DNA of 64,000 nt from Stegostoma tigrinum (lineage: Eukaryota): assembly GCF_030684315.1 (NCBI RefSeq), contig NC_081396.1:1116001-1180000 (forward strand), in the 5' to 3' direction. Below the pieces are notes generated by a model. The model saw only the letters and a list, made by a program, of their open reading frames with translations. It had not been told where the DNA came from and made no database searches. Both the position numbers and the translations under genes were made by a program. Positions 52,008 through 64,000 of this stretch are shown here, piece after piece (the first letter of the stretch is position 1; each line of letters starts with the position of its first letter).

Positions 52008-52894
52008 ATACTAGACTGCTGGACATATTGCCACCAGTAACTGCCTGGTGAGTAGCAATTTTGATCATTGTGACTTGGCACACACACTTGGGAACAGTTT
52101 ACCAGGAAACTCCATTGAGTGGGAACGCACATTGTGATGAGGGTTTGCTAAATTCATTTAACGAGTGCCATAGACGTGTCTGGAAATGACTACATTGTCT
52201 GATTAAATTTAGCAGATCAAATAATTTTGTCATATACAGAGTTCGAGACCACATTTGTGAAGCCTGTTTCTTGAAGTTATCTTCAAAGAAGACGACGAAG
52301 CATGAGGTCAGATCTACATCAAGAGCATATTGGCCACCTCATTCCATTCGGGTAATACTTCTTTAAATCTAAACTTATAGTGTTAAAGTTACACTTAGGG
52401 TTAACTGTGACTCAAGGTAATGCAATGTAAAGTGATGTTAAATAGATTTAGCAGTTAAATTAGATGAAGTAAGAAGCAACTATTGAAACAGAATCATGTT
52501 TTACATTGCGTATTGGTCCTAAAGAGCAAAACAAGTAAGAGTTTGTTTGAACAAAATGTCTGAGTCGAATCTCTATATTTTGCCTGTCACACAAGGGAAG
52601 ACTGCTTGAGTAAGAGCTTTGGCGACTACCTTCTGGCAGCAAGACAAGAAATGAAAGCAACAATTTTAGAAGATAGCCAGATAATTGCGGAGGCGTGTAA
52701 GAGTTTAAAACTTTCAGCTCTATTGAAGTAGTAGAAAGGGAATAATTGGGGACCAATTTGAAAGATCAGGCAAAGACACAATAGGCCGAATGGATTTCGC
52801 CTGCTCGTTGGTATAATCTGATCATGTGAGCTGCTGTCAATTGCGAGCATAATGATGTTTTCTGACTATTGGATATATTACATTTCCTCATCTG

Positions 52895-53409
52895 GATTTT
52901 TGTACAAGTGTGCAATTGATCTGTCTCACTGTGTCACTGCGCACAATAACATATTGCACTGTCTGACATTGTCAATGTTCTGATTTCCAAAGCAAAAATG
53001 TTGTTTGAAAGGTCTTTAGAAGCAAAAACTCGATTTTTGACCTCCATATTATAATCATTGATGCTTTCACTGTAGTACACAACAAACCATTCAGGGCCCT
53101 TTCAAGGACTTTGTCGGTACGAGCACATCCTGGACCTGCGCAAATCGAATCCGCTGGCTTTGCAGATCTGTGTCAGGGAATGTCCTGTAATCCCTGTGTG
53201 CGTTTCTGACTGAGTTAAAGCCGGCTTTGAATGGACACCTCGTAAGGTAAGGGAAAATTCATTAAGCCGGTGACTCCAGGACATTTAACACTCCCGGAGG
53301 AGGGGATGAACAGATAATCTGATATTGCTAAAATTATGCAAAAACTTAACTGGAGCAACGCACAGGACAGTAAAGTAAGAACAAGAGTGAGAAACATCAC
53401 TGGTGCCAT
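52895..53409 (-). pseudogene. IgH-like (TAILV-like) V pseudogene with a good RSS
   Basis: Leader MAPVMFLTLVLTLLS|gtgcgt 53409-53364. Exon 53238-52934 reads VHSKPALTQSETHTGITGHSLTQICKASGFDLRRSRMCSYRQSP*KGPEWFVVYYSESINDYNMEVKNRVFASKDLSNNIFALEIRTLTMSDSAICYCAQ (TGA 53104-53102, Trp->Ser). RSS CACAGTG-23-ACAAAAATC. Confidence 0.94.
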
Positions 53410-55309
53410 CTTTCCTGAGGCCATGTTAAATGAGACAGTCTATATTCCAGTCACTCACTGAAAAGCAGTTTGGCAGATTGTTGTTTTCTGATCCACAATC
53501 ACAAGGGTTTATGAGATGTCAGAAGAGGGAGCTTGTTTGTGGAAACATCTTAGTGGTTGCAAGCAATCGACGTCTGAGGCATTATACGTGAGTTTCTGTC
53601 ATCCATGTTGCCTGATTAAGAGCATCGACTCATTGCGAACATTGTTGAGTTGCGTGAATTGAGTGTCACTGTCTGTAACTCAGAAAGTGCCTCATCTATT
53701 GCCACTGTTTCTTGTCTGCCAACCAGTGCTCGCTCTATGCAAATACATTATATCTACTTCGATGTGTTTCATTAATATCTTCCACGGGACGTGATAAAAA
53801 GTTTTCTGAAAATTCAAACAGACCAAATCACGTGGCTCTCCGTCAGCCATTCCACTATTCCTATTCTCAAATAAAAACTTCAGTAAATTTGTTAAATTTA
53901 TTTGCTTTTAGAAACCCATGCAGGTTTTGTCCAAACGACTTGATCTTTCCAAAATTCTTTGCTATGCCGCTCGATTCAGAGGTATATATAGTGAGAAATG
54001 AAATCATAGACAAAATAGGGACAGTTCATTTTTGTAACAATTATTGCAACATGAAATAAACTGCTTGGTAGTCCGCTGGATTCTATGCAATTCCGTTTAT
54101 TTCAAACGCCCTGAGCCAAGGGAATAGGGACTCGTGGTGGATGTGGTCCTAAGTGATGAACTTGTGACTGCAGCCCCAACCAACCTCCTCCTGAGCTGTT
54201 GTATTCTCTTACTTCAAGTTACCTGCATTCTGTGAGGCAACTGAGCATGGGGCGAATTTTCATTCTATTTTATCCAGAGAGTTGCAATAGCATCTCAAAA
54301 AAGTACAGCAAATGCACAGACTTTGCAATTACTGCCAACATTTATAACTGCATTACACTTATGCAAAATGTTGCAACAGGCATTAATTTAGGGAATCTTG
54401 TGCACAGATAAGTTTGTGAGACAGTGTGCAAGTGTAATCCTGTCTGTATCGTTTCCTGGGTACATGAATATTTGTATACTTGTGTGCATGAGTCTGAGTG
54501 TGTATCAGTGTCTGAGGTTGTCAGTGTGTATTCATGTGCATGTGAGCGTGTGCTGGTCATGTCGTGTTCTTATGTGTATGCATGTGCTTTTATGTACAAT
54601 ACGAGATATTTTGTCATTGCTGATTTAGAAAGAACTTCTCTGTTGTTTTCTTCAGCTTAAGTTTAAAGTGATAAAATGGTACACTCTGCTGATGGTCTGT
54701 TGTTACTGTTACTGCGAACAGTGAAAACCACCAGCACTTCAGCCACAGGAAGAGCAGCAGCAGACAGCATAATCCAAATAAGCGTTATCTTCAATATCCG
54801 TTTGGATTACAGAGATGGCGGGCGTTGGGTGGATGTAGTGGATATGGGGTTGGGGTGGGTGTGGGTGATTGTTTAAAGGACAAGATCTAGTTTTATCAGA
54901 ACATGCACAAAACTTTTCAACGACTTTGTTAAAATCGGAAGCTATCCCAAACATCTCTGGACGTGGCCTGCACATTGAAGAAAAGCTGAGAGCCCAAAAG
55001 TTATATTTCTAAAATTAATAAAATTAAAAAAAAAATGTACTTGAAAGTGTGGGAACCAGAGCAAGTGCAAGTTTGAAAATCTGAGTCTACCAAAAAAAAG
55101 GCAGGCAAATGATTGAGGAAACATTTTGATTGAAGGAGCAATGTGGCCTAACAAAATCGAAACATACATTTACTGTGTGTGCATTGCATTAGTGCAGACC
55201 TTTACTCAAATGTCGATCAGTCTCTTAATCCACTTGTTTGTTTGTTGTATCCAACTTGCATTGATCGAATGAGCAATTGAGATATCTACCTATTTGGAAC
55301 AGCGAACAG

Positions 55310-57370
55310 GAAAGTTCAGGAACAGACTCTACCATCCGCCATTTCAGTGCTGACTGCCATGCCATTCTAAACCAATTTCATCTGCCTGTAGATGATGTAT
55401 ATCCCACCATTGCAGAACTGTTTATCCCTATGTCTAAGTACTTTTCAAGCTTTTCTATCATTTTTGCGTTCCAGGTGCTTGCCACCCTCTGTGTGATAAA
55501 CGGTCCTTGCACATCTCCTTTAAACATTCTCCCTCTCGCCATCTACGTAGTCTTCTATTATTTAAAATATCCATCCTCGGGGAAAAAAAGATAGACTCCG
55601 ACAATTCACCCTATTTCTGCCACCATAAATTTTTTTATACTTCTGTTAGGTCTCCTTCCCAGGTTGGGAAGCTTAAATTAAAACATTCCAGGTTGTCCAA
55701 CATCTCCATGTAGTGAATGCACACTAATTCAGGCAGCATCATGAGTAATCCCCTTTTCACTGAATGGAAAATTTCCATGTCCTTTCTTCAATGTGCCAAC
55801 CAGTTTTCTGCACAGTACTCCAAACGTGGCCTGACTGAAGTTTTATGCAGCTGGAAAATGCAGCTTGTCAAGCTTTACAATCTACGCCACAAATATTGAT
55901 GGCAACCTTGTCGTACATGTCTTTTTACCCACCTTATCCACTTTTCGTGAACTTGGATCCCTCGATATCCATGTCCTGCTGTTTTCTGCAATCTTTCCTC
56001 TTGCATTTAACCTCTCAGAATGTATCACATTATACTTATCCGTATAAAACTTCAAATGCTACTTCATGTCCAACTTTCCAAATGATCTCTATGCTGCTAT
56101 ATCACTTGACAAACCTCCTTACGATTTGAAATGCAGGTGTTGTCTGCACACTTACCAGTCAGAACATCAACATATTCATCTCATCGACTTTATACTTTGT
56201 AAGCTGAAGAGGTCCCCACACTGCTCCTTGCAGAATATCACTAGCTACCTACCTCAAGTCACAAAATAAAACACCACTCCACACCTTTCATCTATCTCCT
56301 ATGACCAATCCAATTTTGTTCCCAAGTTTTCAACACATCGAGGATCGCATGTAACTTCATGTTCTGTACCAGCCTATCATAAGGGACCTTAGCAAACCCT
56401 GCAGTAAAGCCCATGTATGTACAATTACTGCCCTACCCCTATCAATCATCCTCGTCACTTTCAAAACAAATTGAATTAAATTTTGACATAAGACACCCTT
56501 GCCTCACGCGGAGGCATTCTATCGGATTCTAAAAAGTCCATTATCATCCCAAAGCAAGTAAATACAGTCTCTAAGAATGTTCTTCAATAATTTCCCTGCA
56601 ACTGATTCAAGATTCATCAGTCTATAGTGTCTTTGGTGCCTTACCTACATTAATTTCTTTTTCTATAATCGACCAACTCATCTGCCAACTTTGTATTGCA
56701 TTAATTAACAATCAGGAGAGAAAACAAAAACAGAAGTAGCTGGAAAAAGTCAGCAGGTCGTGTAGAACCGGAATTCTGAGGAGCTGTCACCAGATCTGAA
56801 ATGATTACTCTCACCTTTTTCGCAACAGATGCTGCCAGACTTGCTGAGCTTTTCTAGCTACCTCCGGTTTTATTCCTGATTTACAACTTCCACACTTGTT
56901 TCGGTTGTTATTCGTTAACAATCCACTGACTAACTCTGGCTTCAGTCGTAAAACTCCCTGTCTTGTCATTGAATGGGACGTCCTTTTTCCCAGCAAACCC
57001 TTTTGTTACTAATAAACGCATAAAATTTATTGAGAATCTCTTTAGTCATACTTTCCATGGACATTTCCTGGCCTCTTTTCGCCCTCTCAGTTCACTTTCT
57101 TTCTTCAAGAACCTTGTCTGATTGTAGCTTCCTGAACCTTATATAAGAGTCCTTTACTTTTCGACTAAACTTACAATAATTCTTGTCATCCAGAGTTCCT
57201 GAATCCTTTCATTGTTAGATTTAGTTCTCCCAGAAAGTTGCCGGTCTTGTACTCTGATCAGCTGGTCATTACATCACTTGTCTCTGATGAATTTACCTTC
57301 CAAAAGATTTTCAAATCTAAAGCTCCCAGCTCCTGCATAATACAGTCGCAATTATACTTCACAGCAAATT
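55310..57370 (-). mobile_element. Old degenerate CR1-type LINE
   Basis: Reverse-complement CR1 motifs (gcacagtactccaaacgtggcctgac, gggaccttagcaaac..aaagcccat). Confidence 0.65.
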
Positions 57371-57396
57371 AAAAAGCCTGTCTGTTTGTCTGATAT

Positions 57397-57733
57397 NNNN
57401 NNNNNNNNNNNNNNNNNNNNNNNNNNNNNNNNNNNNNNNNNNNNNNNNNNNNNNNNNNNNNNNNNNNNNNNNNNNNNNNNNNNNNNNNNNNNNNNNNNNN
57501 NNNNNNNNNNNNNNNNNNNNNNNNNNNNNNNNNNNNNNNNNNNNNNNNNNNNNNNNNNNNNNNNNNNNNNNNNNNNNNNNNNNNNNNNNNNNNNNNNNNN
57601 NNNNNNNNNNNNNNNNNNNNNNNNNNNNNNNNNNNNNNNNNNNNNNNNNNNNNNNNNNNNNNNNNNNNNNNNNNNNNNNNNNNNNNNNNNNNNNNNNNNN
57701 NNNNNNNNNNNNNNNNNNNNNNNNNNNNNNNNN
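57397..57733. other. assembly gap (N run)
   Basis: Run of N. Confidence 1.
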
Positions 57734-58589
57734 CATCACCTACATCAGTTTGTGATTTCCAGTTTGTGGGTGATCGATTCAGATAGGCTCCCTTGAGGAC
57801 AAGAATTTTATTGCTGCATGAGTTATCCATAGACATTTGCAGAAACTGAACGCACGCACTTCAGACCATGATAGAAGAAGCAGACAAGAAGTTAACTATT
57901 TATTTTAATATCAAACATTTCATGTGGTTTAGAATTTGATGCTCCAGAATATATGTACAACCATGCGAATATAACATATTACAGCTAGCCAGAAACCTTG
58001 CAGCCTGGTTTCCCAGTCGGATTTAATTTTAACCTCTTTCCTACATTCCTGAATAATGCCAATAATGTTTTGTCAACTTGCTCATGCCTCTTTAAAAATA
58101 CTTGAAATTTCTGCAATTGCTGTCTTTTGATGAAGGAAATTCTAAAGACTCAAACATTCTGGGAGAGAGAAAAACAAAATCTATTTTCTATCTGAAATAA
58201 GAGCTGTTCTGGTTTTTAAAAACCGTATAACTATTGTTTTCAGATTATTCCATAAGAGGATACATCCTTTCCACATCCATGCTGCCTCTTCCCTTCAGGA
58301 CATCTAAGCATTTCAATTTAGCCTCATCTGACTGTTTTAAATTTCAGTCGATCTAGGGCCTATTTGTTGAAGCTATCTTCATACGACAATCTGTTGATAC
58401 CCGTACGGCAGTACAACGTATAATAACATAGGAAGACAGTTTTTACTTTAATATAAACGAACGTTTTAAAGGCGTATTTGACCATGTGCTGTGGTGCAAT
58501 GTTGAGAGGCCTTTTCAATTTGTTTTGAAGACATCAATCTGTGGTGTGTAATATGTTCGTTTATGGCAGTACTCCTGTGTAAGAAAATG

Positions 58590-58876
58590 AATATTACGTG
58601 GGGGCATAATTTTAAGGTGATTGGTGAAGGTATGGGGAAATGTCAGAGATAGGTTCTTTATACTGAGAGTGGTAGGCATGTGGAATGCGCTGCCTGCAGT
58701 GGTGATGGAGTCAGATGCTTTAGAGGCTTTTAAGCGACTCTTGGATAGGCACATGGACGATAGTAAAATGTAAGGTATGCAGGGTAGTTTAATCCCAGTA
58801 GGATAGTAGGTCAGCACAACATCGTTGGCTGAAGGGCCTGTCCTGTCCTATACTGTTCTATGTTCGATGTTCTATG
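58590..58876 (+). mobile_element. CR1-type LINE 3' end
   Basis: gggcataattttaaggtg..tggaatgcgctgcc..tail gttctatgttcgatgttctatg. Confidence 0.85.
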
Positions 58877-58930
58877 TAAGGTTTTTAAGTTTGAGTTGGA
58901 AATTCGGATGGTATGGTCCTTTCTGTCAGG

Positions 58931-59351
58931 GGTTTCTGCATGAGCTGTTCATTGTTTATAATATGGTGATGCTCATCGAATAGTTGTAGATGGCAACATT
59001 CGAATTCCTATGTTTTTGATTGTTAGAGTTCCCAGTTAAGAGTGGTTCGAATCCTCTCTCTGGCCACACATGTCCAAGCCGATCCTAAGAGGCTGGTGTT
59101 TCCATCCATCATGGTTCTGGTATCTGTTCACGAGCTGAGCAATGTGCTGGTGCTGTGGTTCATTTCCACCAAGGAATCTTTGATAGCTATAAGTTCTGTA
59201 GTTTACAGTGCCATATGATCTGCTCTTTCGTCTTGGGCTCAGTAACATGAAATTATGCACCATGGGCGAAAGGTTGAGAGGAGTTAATGGTTCAAGTATC
59301 CAGCTACCTGGAAACATTTCTTGTTTCCCAACAGTGAAACAGACCGTTCAT
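58931..59351 (-). pseudogene. Family X TRAV-like V pseudogene (copy 4)
   Basis: Leader-like exon ending tttccag|gtagc at 59308; ..STLLS..YQNHDG..GTLTIKNIG..VAIYNYSMSI; RSS CACCATA (58968-58962)-22-GCAGAAACC (58939-58931); intron homologous to the 4.5-kb copy. Confidence 0.75.
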
Positions 59352-59894
59352 CCCAACCAATTTTTATAGTGAATTATCGAATCCATTGTTTCTTCTCAAA
59401 CTATTGAATTGCTGCCTTATCATTTCTGTCTCCTGTACTTGTCTATATACCCTGAAAAGACATAGACAACATTTATGTTTACTGCATTTAATTCCACCCC
59501 ACCATGCGTCAGAGTCCTAGATTCTCTCTTTACAGTGAGTGCAAATGGGTCCCTTATATTATTCAATTCTCTTCAGGGTAGTTTCGTTCTCTTTGTGAAT
59601 ATGGGCACCAGGAGCTGAGTGAGCAGTTATTAATGTTCACTAGTACCCCAAACGTAGTGGTAGAGAAACACTTGTGCAAACCACGACTATTTTTGGCCTC
59701 TAAGTAGACTCATAATATCTTTTGGGAAGGTATTGTGGGATTTTAATCGAATGGAAGTGAATGAATGTCCATATATTTCGAAGTCAGGATACCAAACGGA
59801 TCTTTAAAAATATAATAATTAGGATATTTCAAAATGTAAATACGAAAAAGATTATATCAATGTTAAGGGTGAGAATCTAACTTGGGTTGGTTGC

Positions 59895-62544
59895 AGTGGT
59901 AAAAGAGGGGGACGTGTGGCATTATTAGTTAGGGACAGTATTACGGTGGCAGAAAGGAGGTTGATGAGGACTCATCGACTGAGGTAGTATGGGCTGAGGT
60001 TAGAAACAGGAAAGGAGAGATCACCCTGTTGGGAGTTTTCTATAGGCCTCCGAAAAGTTCCAGAGATGTATAGGGAAAGATTGCCAAGATGATACTGGAT
60101 AGGAGCGAAAGTAACAAGTAGTTGTTATGGGGGACTTTAAATTTCCAAACATTGACTGGAAACGCGATAGGTCGAATACGTTAGATGGGTCAGTTTTTCC
60201 CCCAATGTACACAAGAGGGTTTCCTGACACAGTATGTCGATAGGCTAACAACTGGTGAGGCCACTTTGGATTTGGTTCTGCTTAATGAACGATGCCGGGT
60301 GTTAGATTTTGATGCAGGTATGTAATTTGGTGATAGTGATCACAGTTTGGTTACATTTACTTTAGCAATGGAAAGGGAAAGGTACATACCGCAGGCCAAG
60401 AGTTACAGCTGGGGGAAAGGCAATTATGAGGCGATTAGGCAAGATTTAGGTTGTGTACGATGGAGAAGGAAACTGCAGGGGTTCGGTACAATTGAAATGT
60501 GGAGCTTGTTCAATGAACAGCGAATGCGTGTTCTTGATAAGCATGTACCTTTCAGGCAGGGAGGAAGTGGTCAAGCGAGGGAACCATGGTGTGCTGAAGA
60601 AGTTGAAACTCTTGCCAAAAGAAGCGGGAGGCTTATCTAAATATAAGGCGTGAAGGCTCAGTTAGGGTATTTGATAATTACAAGTTAGCCAGGAAGGACC
60701 TAAAGAGAGAGCCAAGAAGAGGGAAGGAACATGAGAAGACTTTGGCAGGTAAGATCAAGGAAAACTTTGAAGCTTTCTATAGGTATGTCAGGAAAAAAAG
60801 AACGACTACAGTAAAATTAGGGCCAGTCAAGGAAATTAGTGGGAAGTTGTGCGTGGAGTCTGAAGAGATAGGAGAGACATTAAATGAATACTTTTCGTCA
60901 GCATTCACACAGGAAAAAGACCATGTCCTCAAAGAGAATACTGAGATTCAGGCTAATAGACTAGACAGGATTGAATTTCACAGGAGGAGGTGTTAGCAAT
61001 TCTGGAAGGTGTGAAAATAGATAAGTCCCCTGGGCCGGATGGGATGCATCCTATGATTCTCCGGGAAGCTAGGGAAGCGAATGCAGAGCCTTTGGCTTTG
61101 ATATTTATGCCGTGATTATCTTCAGGAATAGTACCAGAAGATTGGAGGATAGAAAATGTTGTCCCCTTGTTCAAAAGGAAGAGGATGTACAATCCTAGTA
61201 GTTACAGAGCTGACTTCGGTTGTGGGTAAAGTGTTGGAAAGGATTAGAAGAGACGTATTTATAATAATCTAGAAAGGAATAATTTGATCAAGGATAGTCA
61301 ATACTGCTTTGTGAAGGGTAGGTCGTGCCTCACAAACCGTATTGAGTTCTTTGAGAAGATGGCCAAACAGGTGGATTAGGGTAAAGCGGTTGATATGGTG
61401 TATATGGATTTCAGTAAAGCGTTTGATAAGGTTTCCCACGGTAGGCTATTGCATAAAATACGAAGTCATGGGATTAAGGGTGATTTAGCGCTTTGGATCA
61501 GTTGTAAGAAGACAGAGGATGGTGGCTGATGGGAAATGTTCATCCTGGAGTTCAGTTACTAGTGGTGTTCTGCAAGGATCTGTTTTGGGGCCCCTGCTGA
61601 TTGTCATTTTTACAAATGACATAGATGAGGGCATAGAAGGATGGGCTCGTAAATTTGCAGATGACACTAAAGTTGGTGGAGTTGTGGATAGTATGGAAGG
61701 ATGATGCAGGTAACAGAGGAACATAGATAAGTTGCAAAGATGGGCTGAGAGGTTGCAAATGGAGTTTAATGCAGGAAAGTGTGAGGCGATTCACTGCGGA
61801 AGGAGTAACAGGAATACAGAATTCTGAGATAATGGTAAGATTCTTGGTAGTGTGGATAAGCAGAGAGATCTCGGCGTCCATGTACATAGATCCTTGCCAC
61901 CCAGGTTGATAGGGTTGTTAAGAAGGCGTACAGTGCGATAGGTTTTATTGGTCGCAGGATTGAGTTTCGGAGCCATGAGGTCATATTGCAGCTGTACAAA
62001 ACTCTGGTGTGGTCACACGTGGAGTATTGTGTACAGTTCTGGTCGCCCCATTATAGGAAGGATGTGGAAGCATAAAAGGGTGCAGAGGAGATTTACCAGG
62101 ATGTTGCCTGGCATGGAGGGAAGTCTTATGAGGAAAGGCTGAGGGACTTGAGGTTGTTTTCGTTAGAGAGAAGGAGGTTAAGAGGTGACCTAATAGAGAC
62201 ATCAAGATGATCTGAGGATTAGATAGGGTGGACAGTGATCGCCTTTTTCCTCAGATGGAGATGGGTAGCACGAGGGGACATAGTTTTAAATTGAGGGGTG
62301 ATAGATATAGGACAGTGGTCAGACGTAGGTTCTTTACTCAGAGAGTATTAAGGGCATTGAATGCCCTGCCTGAAACAGTAGCAGACTTGCCAAGTTTAAA
62401 GGCATTTAAAAGGTCATTGGATGATCATATGGATAATAATGGAATAGTGTAGGTTAGATGGGCTTCAGTTTGGTTTCACAGGTTGGTGCAACATGGAGTT
62501 CCGAAGACCCTGGACTGCGCTGAAGTGTTCTATGTTCCATGTTC
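59895..62544 (+). mobile_element. CR1-type LINE ORF2 (APE+RT) and 3' tail, many stops
   Basis: MGDFKFPNIDW, LNEYFSSAFT, QGSVLGP, FADDTK, FFTQRV; tail gttctatgttccatgttc. Confidence 0.92.
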
Positions 62545-62969
62545 TGGGTGTTGATACAATGGACTCCATGGTTTCTCTCTGCTTTGTAACAAATCCGCTA
62601 TTCAGTGCGTTTCTGAAGCATACCACAGGGATATAATGCGAGGGCAGCACCAACTCTAGGAACTCAGTGCAGACCTGAAACTCTCGAATCAATATTCAGA
62701 TGTATTATTCTCTTTCAAATTGTAGTATGGTGGAATAAATTTTAAGAACAGTTCCTCACTCCCGCAGCAAGCAATAAGCATTGTTGCTTCGGGGGACTTC
62801 TATTTTAATTCATTCATGTGATGTTGGCTCACAGTCTATGCCATCAATGATTGTTGTTTATTCCGACTTGCCCTGAAGCAGACGGTCGTGAGATACATTC
62901 TTAAAATGCTGCAGTTCACAGGGAGTAGGATCACCCTCAGTATGTTTGGGGAGTCTGTTATAAAGTCAT

Positions 62970-63460
62970 TGCGTCATACAGCAAATGGAAAGCAGGGACT
63001 TCTATACAAGTCCGTGCTGCAAATAACCCTAAACTGAGCTCGTCCCACCTCCCTGATTATGGCCTATTCCTCCAAAGATTCCCTGCTCACGTACTTATCT
63101 AAGTGTCTTTTCAATGTTTTAACTGTGCCCACATCCATCATTTCCTTAGGACATTCATTCTACACACAAACTGCCCTTTGTGTCTCAAGTTTGCCTCTCA
63201 TGTCTTCTTTTAAGTTGTTCTCCTCTTACCGTAAATAATATGCTGTCTTGAAATTCGCCATCCTGGAGAAAGTGTACCTACAATAATCCCATTTATTCGC
63301 CTCACAATTGTATAATCCTCTGTAAGTAAAGTCACTTCTCAATCGCCTATGCTTAATTGATTACGGGACATTACCTATGCAGTCTTTATTTATAATTCAA
63401 ACTTTCAATACTGCTAACGTCGTGGTAAATCTCTTCTGATTCCCCTCCCAGCATGATAAT
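62970..63460 (-). mobile_element. Degenerate CR1-type LINE 3' fragment
   Basis: Reverse-complement similarity to the CR1 3' ends above. Confidence 0.5.
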
Positions 63461-64000
63461 ATGATTTTGACCCAGAGACTGTGCTTGAATAATATTCTCT
63501 TTTATTTAATTTTGTATGTGTTGTAGTGATCGCTGGCTGGGTCAGCTTTAATCGTCCACTCCCAAATTGGCAAAGGGTTATTAAGAGTCATTCACATTCC
63601 TTTTTGTCTGGAACCAGATCTACGACTGATCGGATAGAGTCAGCAGATTTCATTCCCTGGAAGACAACAATGATGTTGATGTGCTTTTATAACAATCCAT
63701 AAAGATTGTCATTAGCCTCTTAATGAATTAAAATTCCACCAACAGCTATACCCAAGATTCAAACCCCGTTATTCTGAACATAGGTCATGGATTCCATGTC
63801 ATCAGATTTGTCGTCTCATGATAATACCAATCGCCCATTGCCTATTCATTTCTGAGTCTGGAAAGTGATTTGTTTGGAGGAAGAGTTACAGTGAGTTTTG
63901 TTTCTAATGCGTCTGTTGCCCTTATCCTTCTAGATGGTGAAAGGCGCGTTTTGGGATGGATTACATAAGGAGGCTTGCATTCGATCGACAGGGAATCTTA

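Noticed and set aside
2330-59351. NAR-TCR cassette (NARV-D-J plus leaderless supporting V delta)
   Set aside because: No VNAR-like domain and no D or J were found; the TCR-type V segments that can be assessed have leaders or leader remnants.

Overview
Eukaryotic (cartilaginous fish, very probably shark) genomic DNA from the variable-segment array of an antigen-receptor locus, most consistent with the TCR alpha/delta locus. I found about 16 V segments or remnants, typically a leader exon, a short phase-1 intron, a V exon and a 22/23-bp-spacer RSS. They fall into four families. (i) IgH-like V segments resembling the TCR-associated Ig-like V (TAILV) class: 7994-8537 is intact; 13268-13771, 32455-32936 and 52895-53409 are pseudogenes; two orphan 3' ends lie at 38.5-39.3 kb. 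(ii) A TRDV/TRAV-type family (2330, 27153, 35106, 41903, 45560). (iii) A short TRAV-like family with four dead copies (4.2, 9.9, 15.2, 59.0 kb). (iv) One further TCR-V remnant at 23 kb. Only the IgH-like V at 7994-8537 has an intact leader, splice sites, ORF and consensus RSS. No D, J or C segment was found. The rest is CR1-type LINEs (some nested), HE1-type tRNA SINEs, a Penelope-like element and Penelope-related hairpin elements carrying minimal hammerhead ribozyme cores, a probable solo LTR, micro/minisatellites and three assembly gaps. All family and species assignments come from sequence recognition, not database searches.
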